DNA of 64,000 nucleotides from Podospora anserina (Eukaryota): NCBI GenBank assembly GCA_017654855.1, contig CM030335.1, positions 930,001 to 994,000 of the forward strand, read 5' to 3'. Shown piece by piece: positions 63,485 to 64,000 of this stretch (position 1 is its first letter; each line of letters starts with the position of its first letter). The notes under the pieces were generated by a model. It saw only the letters and a program-made list of their open reading frames with translations, ran no database searches and was not told where the DNA came from. The position numbers and the translations under genes were made by a program.

Positions 63485-64000
63485 ATGGCGGCCGACAACA
63501 GCAACGCGGAACAGAGGTTCGCTCTCATCAAGGAGAACCTGGCCGAGTTCCTCAATGAGGAGATCATCAAGAAGGTTGTTGATGAGGGGGGCCATCCCAA
63601 GATTTACTGGGGTTTGTATTCACCTTTCACTTGCATAGTATAGGGGGAACAAGATGGGTTATTGACAGAAAGAAACCAAAATCAGGCACGGCAACCACGG
63701 GCCGCCCTCACTGCGGCTACCTCGTCCCCGCCATCAAGATGGCCCAGTTCCTCGCCGCCGGCTGCGAGCTGACGGTCCTCCTCGCCGACATCCACGGCTT
63801 CCTCGACAACCTCAAGGCCCCCCTCGAGCTGGTAATGCACCGCGCCGAGTTTTACCGCTACACCATCTCCACCCTCCTCGGCGCCGTCGGCGTCTCGACC
63901 GAGAAGCTCAAGATTGTGCTCGGGTCGTCGTACCAAAAGTCGGCCGAGTACGTCATGGATGTGTACAAGATGGCCTCGATCATTTCGGAGCATGACGCGA
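63485..64000 (+). CDS. TYS1: Cytoplasmic tyrosyl-tRNA synthetase (partial; runs off the window)
   Basis: KIYW|GTATTGRPHCGY, LLADIHGFLDNLKAP, VLGSSYQ; intron 63612-63685. Confidence 0.94.

Overview
Intron-containing filamentous-ascomycete DNA. The RIP-mutated repeats and LTR architecture suggest Sordariales, possibly Podospora (inference, not verified). The right end (49.9-64 kb) is conserved housekeeping: RNA Pol III largest subunit, DDHD phospholipase, a RING/ankyrin-like protein, fimbrin and TyrRS. The first ~49 kb is a decaying accessory region containing a few intact genes (SRAP/HMCES, a divergent AA9 LPMO-cellobiose dehydrogenase pair, an F-box protein, a ketopantoate reductase-like protein, two tRNAs). 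It also holds many relics: reducing PKS, glutamine-synthetase-like, kinase-like, isochorismatase and AsaB/CmcJ-like. An NB-ARC/TPR NLR gene is split by a Fot1/pogo DNA transposon, which is itself split by a full-length RIP-destroyed chromoviral Ty3/gypsy element; both target-site duplications are visible. Two signals stand out. (1) The gypsy element carries a hidden antisense ORF that, once RIP is reversed, encodes a GAL4-type Zn2Cys6 motif plus coiled coil. (2) An intronless class I LysRS-like catalytic-domain gene sits next to an ASCH/PUA gene and a tRNA. All family calls come from motif recognition by eye; no searches were run.
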